From assembly GCA_017625675.1 (NCBI GenBank), contig JAGAKK010000052.1:50225-114224 (forward strand): 64,000 nucleotides of DNA, read 5' to 3'. This document shows, piece by piece, positions 62,697 through 64,000 of the stretch. Below the pieces are notes generated by a model. It had not been told where the DNA came from. It saw only the letters and a program-made list of their open reading frames with translations, and made no database searches. A program made the translations under genes and the position numbers. Within the stretch, counting starts at the first letter, position 1, and each line of letters begins with the position of its first letter. This DNA is from Clostridia bacterium. Its GTDB lineage: Bacteria; Bacillota; Clostridia; UBA1212.

Positions 62697-63434
62697 ATGT
62701 TTGCAGACAATTACATCACGATTTTACAAGAAACCATTCAGAAAGCATGGGACGAGCAGAAGGATATTATCGGAGAGGCGGCGGAGGCTGTTAAAACCGC
62801 GTTGACGGAGAAGCACAGCGTTTTTATTTTCGGGTGCTCCCACGCAGGTATTCTTGCAGAGGAAGTTTTTTACAGAACCGGCGGATTGGCGGTTATAAAC
62901 CCTATCTTCTTTCCGGGATTTATGCTGAACACAAGGCCTATTACCATGACCAGCCAGCTTGAAAGGCTTGACGGCCTCGGAAAAATTCTTGTTAAGGAAA
63001 ATCGTCTGAAAAAGGGCGACGTGCTTATTATTCACTCAGTTTCAGGAAGAAACAACGTGCCTGTGGAGATGGCAGAGGAAGCGAAGGCCCTCGGAGTTAA
63101 AACCATTGCCGTTACAAATATTGCCTATTCCTCCGCAGTTACGTCCAGGCACCCTTCCGGAAAAAGGCTTTTTGAGGTGTGCGACATCGTTATTGACAAC
63201 AAGGGTTGCGTAGGCGATGCTGCAGTTACCCTTGAGGGGCTTCCCGAGAAAATCGGCCCCACCTCTACTGCCTGCGGCGCGGCTCTCATTAACGCCCTTG
63301 TTATTGAGACCGTAGGAAAAATGCTTGAGGAAGGAAAAATCCCTCCTGTTTTTCTCAGCGCCAACCTTGACGGCGGTGACGAACACAACAAGAAGATTTT
63401 TGAAGAATACAAGGACAGTATTTTCTATAATTGA
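62697..63434 (+). CDS. SIS (sugar isomerase) domain protein, UPF0309-like
   Basis: ORF 62637..63434 starts inside the REP; start placed at MFADNYITIL (62697). FIFGCSHAG and IIHSVSGRN motifs. Confidence 0.8.
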   Translation: MFADNYITILQETIQKAWDEQKDIIGEAAEAVKTALTEKHSVFIFGCSHAGILAEEVFYRTGGLAVINPIFFPGFMLNTRPITMTSQLERLDGLGKILVKENRLKKGDVLIIHSVSGRNNVPVEMAEEAKALGVKTIAVTNIAYSSAVTSRHPSGKRLFEVCDIVIDNKGCVGDAAVTLEGLPEKIGPTSTACGAALINALVIETVGKMLEEGKIPPVFLSANLDGGDEHNKKIFEEYKDSIFYN

Positions 63435-63442
63435 GGCATTTT

Positions 63443-64000
63443 ATGGAAGCTTTAAACGCAGATACAAAATATTACATATCCTTTGACGGCGGCGGCACCA
63501 AGCTTCTGGGACTGCTGTTTGACTCCTACGGAAATATTCTCGGAAAAACCCGGGCGGGAGGTGTCAATACCACCGTCCACTCCGAAGAGACCGTTAACGC
63601 CAGGATTGACGGGTGCGTAAAGGACCTTCTTTCCCAAGGCGCTGAAAAAGGTGTCCGGATCAATGAAATACAGATGGTTACAGCCTCTCGGGCAGGGGAC
63701 TCCTATTTTAAGTCGGTGAACCGCTTTGTACCTTGTCGGGAACATTTCCACACCAGCGAAGGACTTCTGGGAGTGCTTACCTCAGGAAGGACCACGGCTC
63801 TTTGCGCTCTTTCCGGCACGGGAAGCGATATTTTTTACATAAAAGACTGCGAAGAGATTGACGTTATCGGCGGTTGGGGATATTATCTCGGCGACGAAGG
63901 CAGCGGAACGTGGATCGGCCGCAAGGCGATTCGTTCTCTTATGAGGGCACTCAGCGGACTTGCTCCGTTTACGACAATGCATAATCTCATCATGGAGGAA
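63443..64000 (+). CDS. BadF/BadG/BcrA/BcrD-type ATPase (N-acetylglucosamine-kinase-like), 3' end off window
   Basis: Not in the ORF track (open at the window edge). My translation is MEALNADTKYYISFDGGGTKLLG...LSGTGSD...GGWGYYLGDEGSG. Confidence 0.8.
   Translation, partial: MEALNADTKYYISFDGGGTKLLGLLFDSYGNILGKTRAGGVNTTVHSEETVNARIDGCVKDLLSQGAEKGVRINEIQMVTASRAGDSYFKSVNRFVPCREHFHTSEGLLGVLTSGRTTALCALSGTGSDIFYIKDCEEIDVIGGWGYYLGDEGSGTWIGRKAIRSLMRALSGLAPFTTMHNLIMEE

Overview
64 kb of chromosome from a Firmicutes/Clostridia-like bacterium. The taxon is inferred from GGAGG ribosome-binding sites, a T-box-controlled ileS, PT-rich linkers and a dockerin-like module; no database search was possible. All family names come from motifs I could read in the translations.

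Layout:
- 1-14.8 kb, minus strand: a 13-gene Wzy-type (EpsG polymerase) polysaccharide operon. It holds 3 GT2 and 3 GT4 glycosyltransferases, an initiating sugar-phosphate transferase, a TviB/WbpO-like dehydrogenase, a deacetylase, a metallophosphoesterase and two FkbH-like HAD-IIIC proteins.
- 15.0-16.1 kb: an IS200-like Y1 transposase of the REP-associated (RAYT) type, bracketed by copies of a 27-nt hairpin repeat. That repeat recurs at nine intergenic sites across the window.
- 16.1-22.3 kb: a radical SAM gene interrupted by one in-frame TGA, a YfhO-family membrane protein, then convergent capG/capF-like UDP-L-FucNAc genes.
- 22.8-27.1 kb: a 1081-aa CHAP/SH3/dockerin-like/ricin-like cell-wall hydrolase and an M23 peptidase.
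- 27.2-34.4 kb, minus strand: a housekeeping run of HAD-S2P fusion, corA, rsfS, nadD-yqeK fusion, UPF0210, an ACT protein and a divergent NodB-like protein.
- 34.7-44.7 kb: T-box leader plus ileS, a GH-A hydrolase, a GH140-like ectodomain fused through a TM helix to 5-formyl-THF cyclo-ligase, then rplM-rpsI.
- 44.8-47.9 kb: an AT-rich stretch of unknown genes.
- 48.0-50.8 kb: GH3 and GH5-like genes.
- 50.9-55.2 kb: an ABC importer, tRNA-Glu, tRNA-Met, a ZIP transporter and tRNA-Ser.
- 55.3-64.0 kb: amidase, SWIM, vWA, macro and alpha/beta-hydrolase genes, a 7-repeat acidic surface protein, then SIS and BadF-type kinase genes.

The signals most worth a second look are non-coding:
- the REP/RAYT pair;
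- a second, modular repeat family built around the palindrome TGAGTCAGGGACCTGCCCCCTGACTCA, with variable tandem half-sites, found in five promoter-containing intergenic regions;
- a 29-bp perfect inverted repeat at 62.5 kb.

Several unusual domain fusions are also flagged.
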